DNA of 64,000 nucleotides from positions 35,948 through 99,947 of the forward strand of contig CAMOCC010000001.1 in assembly GCA_946610035.1 (NCBI GenBank), in the 5' to 3' direction. Within the stretch, counting starts at the first letter, position 1; each line of letters starts with the position of its first letter. Under the pieces are notes generated by a model. That model saw only the letters and a list, made by a program, of their open reading frames with translations. It made no database searches and was not told the DNA's origin. Shown one piece after another: positions 1 through 7,226 of the stretch. Both the position numbers and the translations under genes were made by a program. This DNA comes from an uncultured Verrucomicrobiota bacterium. GTDB lineage: Bacteria; Verrucomicrobiota; Kiritimatiellia; RFP12; UBA1067.

Positions 1-150
1 GCTGTACCTTTGGAGACGCGGCATCCTGCCGCGTCGCAGTCTGTGAGTGACGCGGCTGGAAGCCGCGTCTCCAGGACGGGTGGTGGTGATTGTTGTGACG
101 CGGCTGGAAGCCGCGTCTCCAAGGGAGAGGCCGAGCATCCCGCCGGGCCT
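1..150. repeat. Three copies (one inverted, two direct) of a ~36-48 bp palindromic repeat, core GACGCGGC-n6-GCCGCGTCTCCA. Same family as the array inside the hydrogenase large-subunit gene.
   Basis: Direct reading: tggagacgcggcatcctgccgcgtc (inverted), then 2x gtgacgcggctggaagccgcgtctccag. Each unit contains a perfect 8-bp inverted repeat. Confidence 0.8.
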
Positions 151-439
151 ACAGGGGGTTGCGTCGCTCCGCGACGCAACAAATAAGTGCCTGAAGCAAT
201 CGACCCCCATCCACGTCCTTTCTTGTTCCGTCGCGGAGCGACGGAACCCCCTTGCAATAGCTGTCGTTTGCCCATATTTCAGCGCATACACATATATAAG
301 GTATTTTTCATGCTGCTATCGACTAACGACTGACAACTAGTGACTCATTTCATTTTACATTTCCCATCTTCAGGGTTTTTAGTGGTTGCGCGAGTGGGCG
401 AATGAATTGTGGTTGGGAAGTCGACGGTTGTGAAGTCTT

Positions 440-1174
440 CTAGAGCGAGCCGGTGAAGCGGAGGAGCGCTTCAAGCGTCGTGGCCGGGTGCGGAGGGCAG
501 CCCGGGATGTAGAGGACCGGCGTCGCGGGCAGGTTGCCGCGCTCGTAGAGTCCGCCAGATATGGCACATGCGCCGGCGGCTATCAGGAACTTGGGCTCCG
601 GCGCGGCGGCGAAGGTCTTGTCGAGCGCGAGCTGCATGTTCTTCGACACTGGGCCGGTCACGTATATTGCGTCCGCATGGCGCGGCGAGGCGACGAAGCG
701 GATTCCGAACCGCCCCATGTCCCACGCAAGGGTTCCCAGTACGTTCGCATCGAGTTCGCACGCGGCGCAGCCTCCGGCGGAAACCTCGCGGAGCTGCAGC
801 GAGCGCTTCAGCGAAAGCGCGGCGGGGTCGGTCTGCTTCGGCGGCTCGTAGCCATGCTCTCCGGACTTCACGACGAGGTCCTCTCTTCTGAACACCCCGA
901 GACGGTATTCCTTCGTGAAGCGGATCTTGCCGCAGACCTCCGCGCAGCGTCCGCAGAAGATGCATCGCCCCATGTCGAGCTTCGCGCCCTCGACGTCGCG
1001 GGAAAGCGCGCCGACAACGGGGCAGACGGACTGGGCGCGCTCGACATCCTCGGCCGTGATGTCGGAGTCGATCTCGGGCCGTCCGCGGAAGTCCGGCGGA
1101 AGGTTCGGCGCGGCGGGAGGAAAGGCGCCCGTCTTGAAACCCTGTCTAAGTCGTTCGAATAAAGCCTTCAGCAT
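440..1174 (-). CDS. Group-4 hydrogenase small subunit (NuoB/HycG/HyfI-like) fused to an N-terminal 4Fe-4S ferredoxin-like segment (HyfH/HycF-like)
   Basis: N-terminal CIFCGRCAEVC (CxxCxxCxxxC). Then NuoB-type motifs GGCAACE, YVTGPV, AAGACAISGG, IPGCPPHP. ATG at 1174 follows a GACAGG spacer after the upstream gene's stop. Confidence 0.75.
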   Translation of the reverse strand: MLKALFERLRQGFKTGAFPPAAPNLPPDFRGRPEIDSDITAEDVERAQSVCPVVGALSRDVEGAKLDMGRCIFCGRCAEVCGKIRFTKEYRLGVFRREDLVVKSGEHGYEPPKQTDPAALSLKRSLQLREVSAGGCAACELDANVLGTLAWDMGRFGIRFVASPRHADAIYVTGPVSKNMQLALDKTFAAAPEPKFLIAAGACAISGGLYERGNLPATPVLYIPGCPPHPATTLEALLRFTGSL

Positions 1175-1178
1175 GGTG

Positions 1179-2462
1179 TCACCTGTCAGTTCCGCAGTAG
1201 GAGAGGTTGAATGATTTGTTGCAGATCGGGAAGTTCGATATCTGTTCGCCGCGAAGAGCGTAGGCAAGTCCCTGCCAGTTGTGGGCGGAAGGGTCCACGA
1301 TCTTGTAGCGGAGGAGTTTTCCGTCGGGATCGAAGAGTGCCGCGTGGACGAGCGGACCGCGCCAGGCGTTGACGGTTACGACGATTGTTGTGACGCGGCA
1401 AGATGCCGCGTCTCCATGACGGGTGGCGGTGATTGTTGTGACGCGGCAAGATGCCGCGTCTCCAGGGTGGGGAGCGGTGATTGTTGTGACGCGGCTGGAA
1501 GCCGCGTCTCCAGGGTGGGTGGCGGTGATTGCTGTGACGCGGCAAGATGCCGCGTCTCCAGTGTGGGGGGCGGTGATTGCTGTGACGCGGCAGGATGCCG
1601 CGTCTCCAAGGAGGGAGGCGATGCGCGCATGCGCCTCGTCTATCTCCATGCGGCGCACCAGTGCGCGCGAAAGGACGTCGCCTTGTAGCTCAGCGCTAGC
1701 GCGCCGCGCGACGCCGACGAGCCCGATTTCCTCTGCGGTCTCCTTTGGAACGACGCCTGTGCCTTCGAGCCGCTCAAGCACCGTCGGCTCCTCGAACATG
1801 AGCCTCAGCGCGCCGTCGAGATCTTTCCTGACGCGCGAGATCCACTCCGCGAGCTTCGCCTTCTTTTCGTCCGTCAGAGCCACACGCATTCCGCCAGGGA
1901 CGACCGCGTTGCGTCCGAACCTGTTTCCGCAGAGAAGCGCCGTCATGTTGAGGTATTCGCCGCGGATGCGTCCGCAGAACGACGCCGTCGGAAGGAACGC
2001 GACGTCTCCTGCGAGCGCGCCGAGATCGCCGACGTGGTTGGCGACGCGCTCGAGCTCGAGCAGCAGTTCGCGCAGGCGAAGGTCTTCGTCCGTCGGATGC
2101 TTCCCGTCGCGCGTCTCGCAGATTTCGGCGAAGCAAGTCGCCGCCGCGATCGAGGTGTCGCCCGCGCACGTCTCGGCTAGGGCGATCTGGCGGGAGCGGT
2201 TCCCGTCCGCCGCGGCAATTGCATCCTCAACGCCGCGGTGCTGGTAGCCGAGGAATATCTGGAGGTTGTATACATCCTCGCCCATGCACTGGAACCTGAA
2301 GTGCCCCGGCTCGATGACGCCGGCGTGAACGGGGCCGACGGCAACTTCGTGCGCTGACTCTCCCTTGAGCGGCGTCACGGCTTTCGGTTCGACATATCCG
2401 CCGAGCGAATCGAGAAAGGCGTTCGCTTCAGCGGCAGTTTCAAATATCTTTGTCTCGGTCAT
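1179..2462 (-). CDS. Group-4 hydrogenase / complex-I NuoD-like large subunit (HycE/HyfG/EchE-like), with an 80-aa in-frame repeat insertion
   Basis: Segments HFRFQCMGEDV, GYQHRGVEDAIA, ...VNAWRGPL.H..L...G...R.KIVDPSAHNW and C-terminal ...CGTDR match the NuoD/HycE fold. Five copies of DAASCRVTAITAPHTG are encoded by the 48-bp repeat array. Confidence 0.7.
   Translation of the reverse strand: MTETKIFETAAEANAFLDSLGGYVEPKAVTPLKGESAHEVAVGPVHAGVIEPGHFRFQCMGEDVYNLQIFLGYQHRGVEDAIAAADGNRSRQIALAETCAGDTSIAAATCFAEICETRDGKHPTDEDLRLRELLLELERVANHVGDLGALAGDVAFLPTASFCGRIRGEYLNMTALLCGNRFGRNAVVPGGMRVALTDEKKAKLAEWISRVRKDLDGALRLMFEEPTVLERLEGTGVVPKETAEEIGLVGVARRASAELQGDVLSRALVRRMEIDEAHARIASLLGDAASCRVTAITAPHTGDAASCRVTAITATHPGDAASSRVTTITAPHPGDAASCRVTTITATRHGDAASCRVTTIVVTVNAWRGPLVHAALFDPDGKLLRYKIVDPSAHNWQGLAYALRGEQISNFPICNKSFNLSYCGTDR
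1376..1622. repeat. 5 x 48-bp tandem palindromic repeat (240 bp, in frame) inside the large-subunit CDS
   Basis: Units ggtgattgttgtgacgcggcaagatgccgcgtctcca + 12 nt GGGTGG-like. Period is exactly 48. Each unit has the hairpin GACGCGGC/GCCGCGTC. Confidence 0.9.
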
Positions 2463-2478
2463 TGAAGGTGCCTTTCTG

Positions 2479-3744
2479 TCAGTTGTGCCAGGCCCCGGGA
2501 ATCGAAATGCATATGCAGGCCAGGACGCCGGACGCCACGAGGATGGCGAGCAGGGTGAATGGGACGATTAACATCTTTCCCGGAACGGGCTCGGGCTTCG
2601 CGACCGGAGTGCCCATCGTCATCGCGAGCGCGACTTTCATCATCGCCGCGAAGACGATGAAGAGAAGTGCGAGAACGAGCGCGGACATCCAGAGGGGCGC
2701 GGAGACGACGAGTCCGAGCTCGGAAGCGAACAGGACCGACGGCGGCATTCCGCAGATGAAGAGGACGCCGACGATCCACAGCGCGGAGTGTCCCTTCATG
2801 GAGACGCCGAGTCCCTGCACGGACGCGATCGCGCGCGTTCCGAAGGCGAGGAGAAGGTTGCCTGCCGTCTGGAAGAGCATCGTCTTCGTCAGTGAGTGGA
2901 AGACGATGTGCGCGAGGAGCGCTAGGCCGAGAACGGCGTCGCCTACGATTTCCCCGCCGGATATCAGGACGCCTCTGCCGGGGTCGGCCGGCGTGTGCAT
3001 GAAGATCGCGAACAGTATGACGATGAGACCCATGTGTTCGACGGACGAGTAGGCGAGTAGGCGCTTGAAGTCAGTCTGCCGCACCATGAAGACTGCCGCG
3101 ACCGCGACGGAGAGGATGCCGAAGAAGATCATCGACGCGTCGCAGAAGCCCGCGATCTCCGCCGGCATTATTTCGCGGAAGCGCGCGATCGCGAAGAACG
3201 AGCAGTTGAGGAGCGCGCCTGAGAGAAGCGCCGAGACGGGGGCGGGGGCTTCGGAGTGGGCGTCGGGGAGCCAGGTGTGGAAGGGCGCGAGGCCTGTCTT
3301 TGTTCCGTAGCCTGCGAGAATGAAGACGAAGCCGACCTTGAACCACATGCGGCAGCCTTCCGCCACGCCTTTCTCCTGGAGTTCCAGGGCGTGCATCACG
3401 AGCATGGTGCCGAATAGGGCGAGGCCGATTCCGATAGAGCAGATGAGAAGGTACTTCCACATCGCCTCAAGGGCGCCGCGGCTCCTGTGGTAGGCGATGA
3501 GCGGCGCGGAGACGAGAGTCGTAAGCTCCACCGCGACCCACATGAGCGGAAGGCTCGGGGAAAGGAGCGCAAACACCATCGCTCCGAAGAACGCCGAGAG
3601 GCATACGTAGTACGTCCGGTGCGACATGTGGTCGCCGCCTTCGCGGCGGTCGGCCTCGCGGATGTAGAACACGCTCTGCACGAGGTCGGCGACGAACAGG
3701 ACGGACGTGAGAGCGAGCATCAGTTTCTGTAGGGTTGAAATCAT
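2479..3744 (-). CDS. NuoM/NuoN-like antiporter-type membrane subunit (HyfF/HyfD-like)
   Basis: Polytopic membrane protein with the GLAPFHTWLPDAH motif typical of NuoL/M/N-family proton-translocating subunits. Confidence 0.7.
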   Translation of the reverse strand: MISTLQKLMLALTSVLFVADLVQSVFYIREADRREGGDHMSHRTYYVCLSAFFGAMVFALLSPSLPLMWVAVELTTLVSAPLIAYHRSRGALEAMWKYLLICSIGIGLALFGTMLVMHALELQEKGVAEGCRMWFKVGFVFILAGYGTKTGLAPFHTWLPDAHSEAPAPVSALLSGALLNCSFFAIARFREIMPAEIAGFCDASMIFFGILSVAVAAVFMVRQTDFKRLLAYSSVEHMGLIVILFAIFMHTPADPGRGVLISGGEIVGDAVLGLALLAHIVFHSLTKTMLFQTAGNLLLAFGTRAIASVQGLGVSMKGHSALWIVGVLFICGMPPSVLFASELGLVVSAPLWMSALVLALLFIVFAAMMKVALAMTMGTPVAKPEPVPGKMLIVPFTLLAILVASGVLACICISIPGAWHN

Positions 3745-3787
3745 GGTTTCTTAATTCCTCAATTCGTCTTTGACTGTTGTCCGCGTT

Positions 3788-4474
3788 TCAGTTCGACTGG
3801 TGCCTGTGCATAAGGTGCACGTCTCCAAGCGCGTTCAGCTTGTCCGTGTCGATGGACGAGAACGTGCGGTTGATTTGGTAGATTGCGATGCCGAGGACGA
3901 AGACGAGGACGAAGACGTCCAGCAGGATGCCAAGTTCGACGACGAGTCCGTATTCGAGCAGTATGCCCGAGCCGAAGACGGCGATTCCGTTTTCGAAGGC
4001 GAGGAATCCGAGGACCTGCGTTATCGCCTTGCGCCGCGCGCAGATGAGGAAGAGCCCCGTGCCCATCGTCGTGAACGCGACGGGGATCGCGAGCTCGGAG
4101 GCGACGGTCTCGTGGATGTGGAGGGCTTTCCCGATCGCGAAGCTCGCGGACGCGATTGCGAACGCGATGACCTGCGAGAGGCGGAATCCTACGAGCGGCT
4201 CGAGCTCGAAGTTGGCCTTTGCCCTGTCCGCTGCGTAGCGCAGGAGAATCGGCAGCGCGACGCCCTTGACGGCGCCGTTGACGAAGGCCACGGCCCATAC
4301 CCTGAAGCCCGGCGCTCCGGCGTCCGTCCAGTTCCAGAGGAGTATCGGCAATAGCCCGACCATCCATCCCTGGACAGCGACGAGGCGGATCGCCTGGCGC
4401 AGGCGTCCCGTGCCGGCGAGCACTATGTTCGTCAGAAGGAAAAGCGCGAGAAGAATTTCTGCTGTGGAAGTCAT
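3788..4474 (-). CDS. Small hydrophobic hydrogenase-4 component E-like membrane subunit (HyfE)
   Basis: 228-aa multi-TM protein. Sits between the NuoH-like and NuoN-like genes, as in hyf operons. Confidence 0.5.
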   Translation of the reverse strand: MTSTAEILLALFLLTNIVLAGTGRLRQAIRLVAVQGWMVGLLPILLWNWTDAGAPGFRVWAVAFVNGAVKGVALPILLRYAADRAKANFELEPLVGFRLSQVIAFAIASASFAIGKALHIHETVASELAIPVAFTTMGTGLFLICARRKAITQVLGFLAFENGIAVFGSGILLEYGLVVELGILLDVFVLVFVLGIAIYQINRTFSSIDTDKLNALGDVHLMHRHQSN

Positions 4475-4484
4475 TTGTGTTTCC

Positions 4485-5387
4485 TTAGAAAAGTATGTAA
4501 AGGACTGCCCCGAGCGTCGCGACCATCAGAGTGCCGAGAAGGACCTGCGGCGTCTTGAGGAAGCGCATGCGCGCGATCACGGACTCGACGATCCCGACTA
4601 GCACGGCCGTCGCAAGGATTCCTCCGAAGAGGACGACGGTCTTCGCCTCCGGTCCTATTGATAGCTTCGGAACGAGCATCGCAACGAGGAACGCGGCGAG
4701 CAGCTCGAACTTGAGCGCGGCACCGTAGAGGATGAAGGCGAGGTCTGGTCCGGCGTTGTCGAGTATCATCGCCTCGTGTATCATCGTGAGCTCGAGGTGC
4801 GTCTCGGGGTCGTCGAACGGCACGCGGCAGTTTTCGCAGAGGAGAATCGTGAAGAAGGCGACGGCGATCAGGATGAGCGAGAACGCGTGGTGCGTCCATG
4901 CCCCGCCGTCGTAGTCGCCGAGCATCCCAGGGAGATTGACGTCTCCCGAGAGGCAGACGAGGAAGCCGAGAATGACGAACACGATCGGCTCGACGAGGGC
5001 CGAGAACTGGACCTCGCGGCTCGCGCCCATTCCCTCGAACGCGCTGCCCGTGTCCAGCGCTCCGAGCACGGTGAAGAATCGTCCGGTGCCGAGAAGGTAG
5101 AAGAAGAGCGCCGCGCTGGCATGCGCGAACGTGCCCTGCCCCGGCCCCCACGGGAAGAGCATCGCCGCGATGGCCGTCGCAGCGAGCGAGACGGACGGCG
5201 CGATGTCGAAGAGCCACGTCGATGTCGTGGAGCGCGGACATGACTTGCGCATGAGCTTCGCGAGATCGAAGTAGAGGCGGAACAGCCCCGGGCCGCGGCG
5301 TCCCGCAAAGAACGCCTTCGTCTGGTTGACGATGCCGGGGAGGAGCGGCGCGAGCAGCGCAGCAAGGAGGAAGGTGAGTATGTTCAT
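4485..5387 (-). CDS. NuoH/HycD/HyfC-like membrane subunit
   Basis: Starts MNILTFLLAALLAPLLPGIVNQTKA. The ATG overlaps the upstream stop (ATGA). Multi-TM NuoH-like topology. The six-frame ORF upstream of this start is GC-rich read-through, not coding. Confidence 0.65.
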   Translation of the reverse strand: MNILTFLLAALLAPLLPGIVNQTKAFFAGRRGPGLFRLYFDLAKLMRKSCPRSTTSTWLFDIAPSVSLAATAIAAMLFPWGPGQGTFAHASAALFFYLLGTGRFFTVLGALDTGSAFEGMGASREVQFSALVEPIVFVILGFLVCLSGDVNLPGMLGDYDGGAWTHHAFSLILIAVAFFTILLCENCRVPFDDPETHLELTMIHEAMILDNAGPDLAFILYGAALKFELLAAFLVAMLVPKLSIGPEAKTVVLFGGILATAVLVGIVESVIARMRFLKTPQVLLGTLMVATLGAVLYILF

Positions 5388-7138
5388 GATGCGAAGGCGG
5401 CGACGAGAAGAACGACAACCGTGATGAGTATGAGAAGTATGTAGAGATGGAGCGATCCGCTCTGGAGGAGATGCGCACGCTGGAAGGCGCGGGCGAAGAA
5501 GGTGAAGAGCGGACGCCAGAAGCCCGCAAGCGCGCGGTCGTCCGTCTCGGTGACGAGCGCTGCGTCCGTCGGCGCGGCGGGATGTCCCTTGAACGGGATG
5601 AGGTGCTTCCGGGGCCTGAGCGCGAACGCGAAGAGGTCCGCAAGCGGCTGCGTGAACGCGGTCGCCGTGTAGGCCATGCGCGCGGTCGGCTCGTGGTAGC
5701 CGCAGTCCCAGGTAGGGCATTGCGGCTTGACCGCTCCGCGCGGACACAGGAATCGGCGCAGTCCGACGAGCGCGGCGGTCATCAGGACAAGCGCGCCTCC
5801 GATCGTCGCAGCGGTGAGGAGCGTGGCCTCGCCTATGCCGTTGGCGAACTTGTGGACGATGAAGATCGTTCCAGGGATCATCGCCACGGAACCGAGGAAC
5901 AGCGCGAGCTGGGCTATCCACATGCGCTTCGGCGTCTCGATGGCGTCTGCGGCGGCTTTGCTGCGAGGCTCGCCGAGGAAGGTCGCGCCGATCGCCTTGC
6001 AGTAGGCCGCCGCGGCGAGTCCGCCGGTGAAGGCGAGCGCCGCGAGCACGGTGAATCCGGCGGCGACGAGCAGGGGGCTGCCGGACCTGACGGCGAGGAA
6101 TCCTGCAGTGTAGATGAGGAGCTCGCCGAGGAAGCCGTTGAGCGGGGGGAGTCCGGCGAGGCCGAGCGCGTTGAGGGTGAAGAGCGTGCCTGTGAAGGGC
6201 ATGCGCTTCATGAGTCCGCCGAGCCTGTCCTGGTCGAGCGTTCCCGTCTGGCGCAGGATGGAGCCTGCGCCGAGGAAGAGCGCGCCCTTGAGGAGCGCGT
6301 GGTTCATGACGTGCACAAGCGCGCCGGTGAAGGAGAGGACATAGATCTCGGAGAAGAGCGAGCCGCCGTCGCGCGAGTTCGCGACGAGGGCGAGCCCGAG
6401 ACCCATGGCTATGACGCCCATGTTCTCGACGGACGAAAAGGCGAGGAGCTTCTTCAGGTTGACCTGCGGGAGGGCGAAGAGGATTCCGCCTATTGCTCCT
6501 GCGACACCGAGCGCGATAAGGGTGAGACCGGCGGTCGTGTTGTATGGAACGACTGTGCTGACTGGCCAGAAAAAGTTGAGAAGGCCGTAGAAGCCGAGGG
6601 GGATCATCGCGCCGGACATGACGGCGGAGGCGGGGGCCGGGGCGGCGGGATGCGCTTCAGGGAGCCAAACATGGAACGGCGGGAAGCCTATCTTGAGTCC
6701 GAAACCGACGATTGCGCAGAAGAACGCGGCGAGAAAGGCGTCCGGACTATTGAGGAACACGCCCGCGAGCATGAGCGCGCACGCGCCCGCGTGGCACGCG
6801 AGGAGGTAGATCCATGTCGCCCTGCGTACGGTTTTTTCGGTGTTTTCGAAGGCGACGAGTCCGGCCGAGGAGAGCCCCATCGCCTCCCAGGCGAGGAGAA
6901 ACGAAATCTTGCCGGGCGCATAGACGACGGCGAGCATGGACGCCAAAGTCGCCAAAAAGAAGGCCCAGAAGCGGGGAAGGTGATTTTTCGCCTCGCCGTG
7001 AAGGTAGGCGGTCGCATGCAGCGCGGCCGCCGCGCCGACGGCTGCGATAGGCAGTGTGAATAGAAGTTTTGTCTGCACGATAATGATCCCGGTTTGAAGA
7101 AGACCGCATATTATACTCTTATGCGCCGATTCTGGCAA
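5384..7138 (-). CDS. NuoL/HycC/HyfB-like large antiporter-type membrane subunit (exact start uncertain)
   Basis: Motifs FPPFHVWLPEAHPAAPAPASA, KKLLAFSSVENMG and many TM helices. First gene of the minus-strand operon. Confidence 0.7.
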   Translation of the reverse strand: MPESAHKSIICGLLQTGIIIVQTKLLFTLPIAAVGAAAALHATAYLHGEAKNHLPRFWAFFLATLASMLAVVYAPGKISFLLAWEAMGLSSAGLVAFENTEKTVRRATWIYLLACHAGACALMLAGVFLNSPDAFLAAFFCAIVGFGLKIGFPPFHVWLPEAHPAAPAPASAVMSGAMIPLGFYGLLNFFWPVSTVVPYNTTAGLTLIALGVAGAIGGILFALPQVNLKKLLAFSSVENMGVIAMGLGLALVANSRDGGSLFSEIYVLSFTGALVHVMNHALLKGALFLGAGSILRQTGTLDQDRLGGLMKRMPFTGTLFTLNALGLAGLPPLNGFLGELLIYTAGFLAVRSGSPLLVAAGFTVLAALAFTGGLAAAAYCKAIGATFLGEPRSKAAADAIETPKRMWIAQLALFLGSVAMIPGTIFIVHKFANGIGEATLLTAATIGGALVLMTAALVGLRRFLCPRGAVKPQCPTWDCGYHEPTARMAYTATAFTQPLADLFAFALRPRKHLIPFKGHPAAPTDAALVTETDDRALAGFWRPLFTFFARAFQRAHLLQSGSLHLYILLILITVVVLLVAAFAS

Positions 7139-7204
7139 TGGCGTCCCGCGCCGTGCGGGTCTCTTTCCTTGGTTTGTTCAACTGAATCCACCGCTTTGCG
7201 ACGA

Positions 7205-7222
7205 TTTTTGATATAATATACA
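7205..7222 (+). promoter_or_regulatory. Extended -10 promoter TGATATAAT, 9 nt upstream of the argS ATG (leaderless-type)
   Basis: tttTGaTATAATatacagcctATG. AT-rich island in a GC-rich genome. Confidence 0.5.
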
Positions 7223-7226
7223 GCCT

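Noticed and set aside
160-250. Perfect hairpins TTGCGTCGC-tcc-GCGACGCAA (160-182) and CCGTCGC-gga-GCGACGG (232-248) as transcription terminators of the hydrogenase operon
   Set aside because: Neither is followed, on either strand, by a U-run. They may be RNA-stabilising stem-loops or parts of the same repeat family, but terminator function is not supported by sequence alone.
1-1622. CRISPR array hypothesis for the palindromic 48-bp repeats
   Set aside because: The variable parts between the 36-bp cores are only ~12 nt and are nearly identical to each other (GGGTGG-like), not unique spacers. The period is fixed at 48. No cas genes are present. One array is in-frame inside a conserved enzyme gene. 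A REP/MITE-like tandem repeat explains this better.
4485-5921. The 478-aa six-frame ORF as the full HycD-like protein
   Set aside because: The first ~177 codons are Arg/Pro-rich GC artefact overlapping the 3' end of the upstream NuoL-like gene. The conserved NuoH-like sequence begins at MNILTFLL (ATG 5387), which overlaps the upstream stop codon.
471-7063. Numerous long antisense or overlapping six-frame ORFs (e.g. 471-965, 488-1162, 1186-1545, 1423-2247, 3770-4354, 4471-5643, 5447-7063, 10358-11443, 17372-18490, 18402-20270, 21801-24647, 25567-26907, 28581-29792, 56883-57422)
   Set aside because: High GC content suppresses stop codons in all frames. These ORFs are antisense to, or out of frame with, ORFs that carry recognisable conserved motifs, and they encode Arg/Ala/Pro-rich low-complexity sequence.
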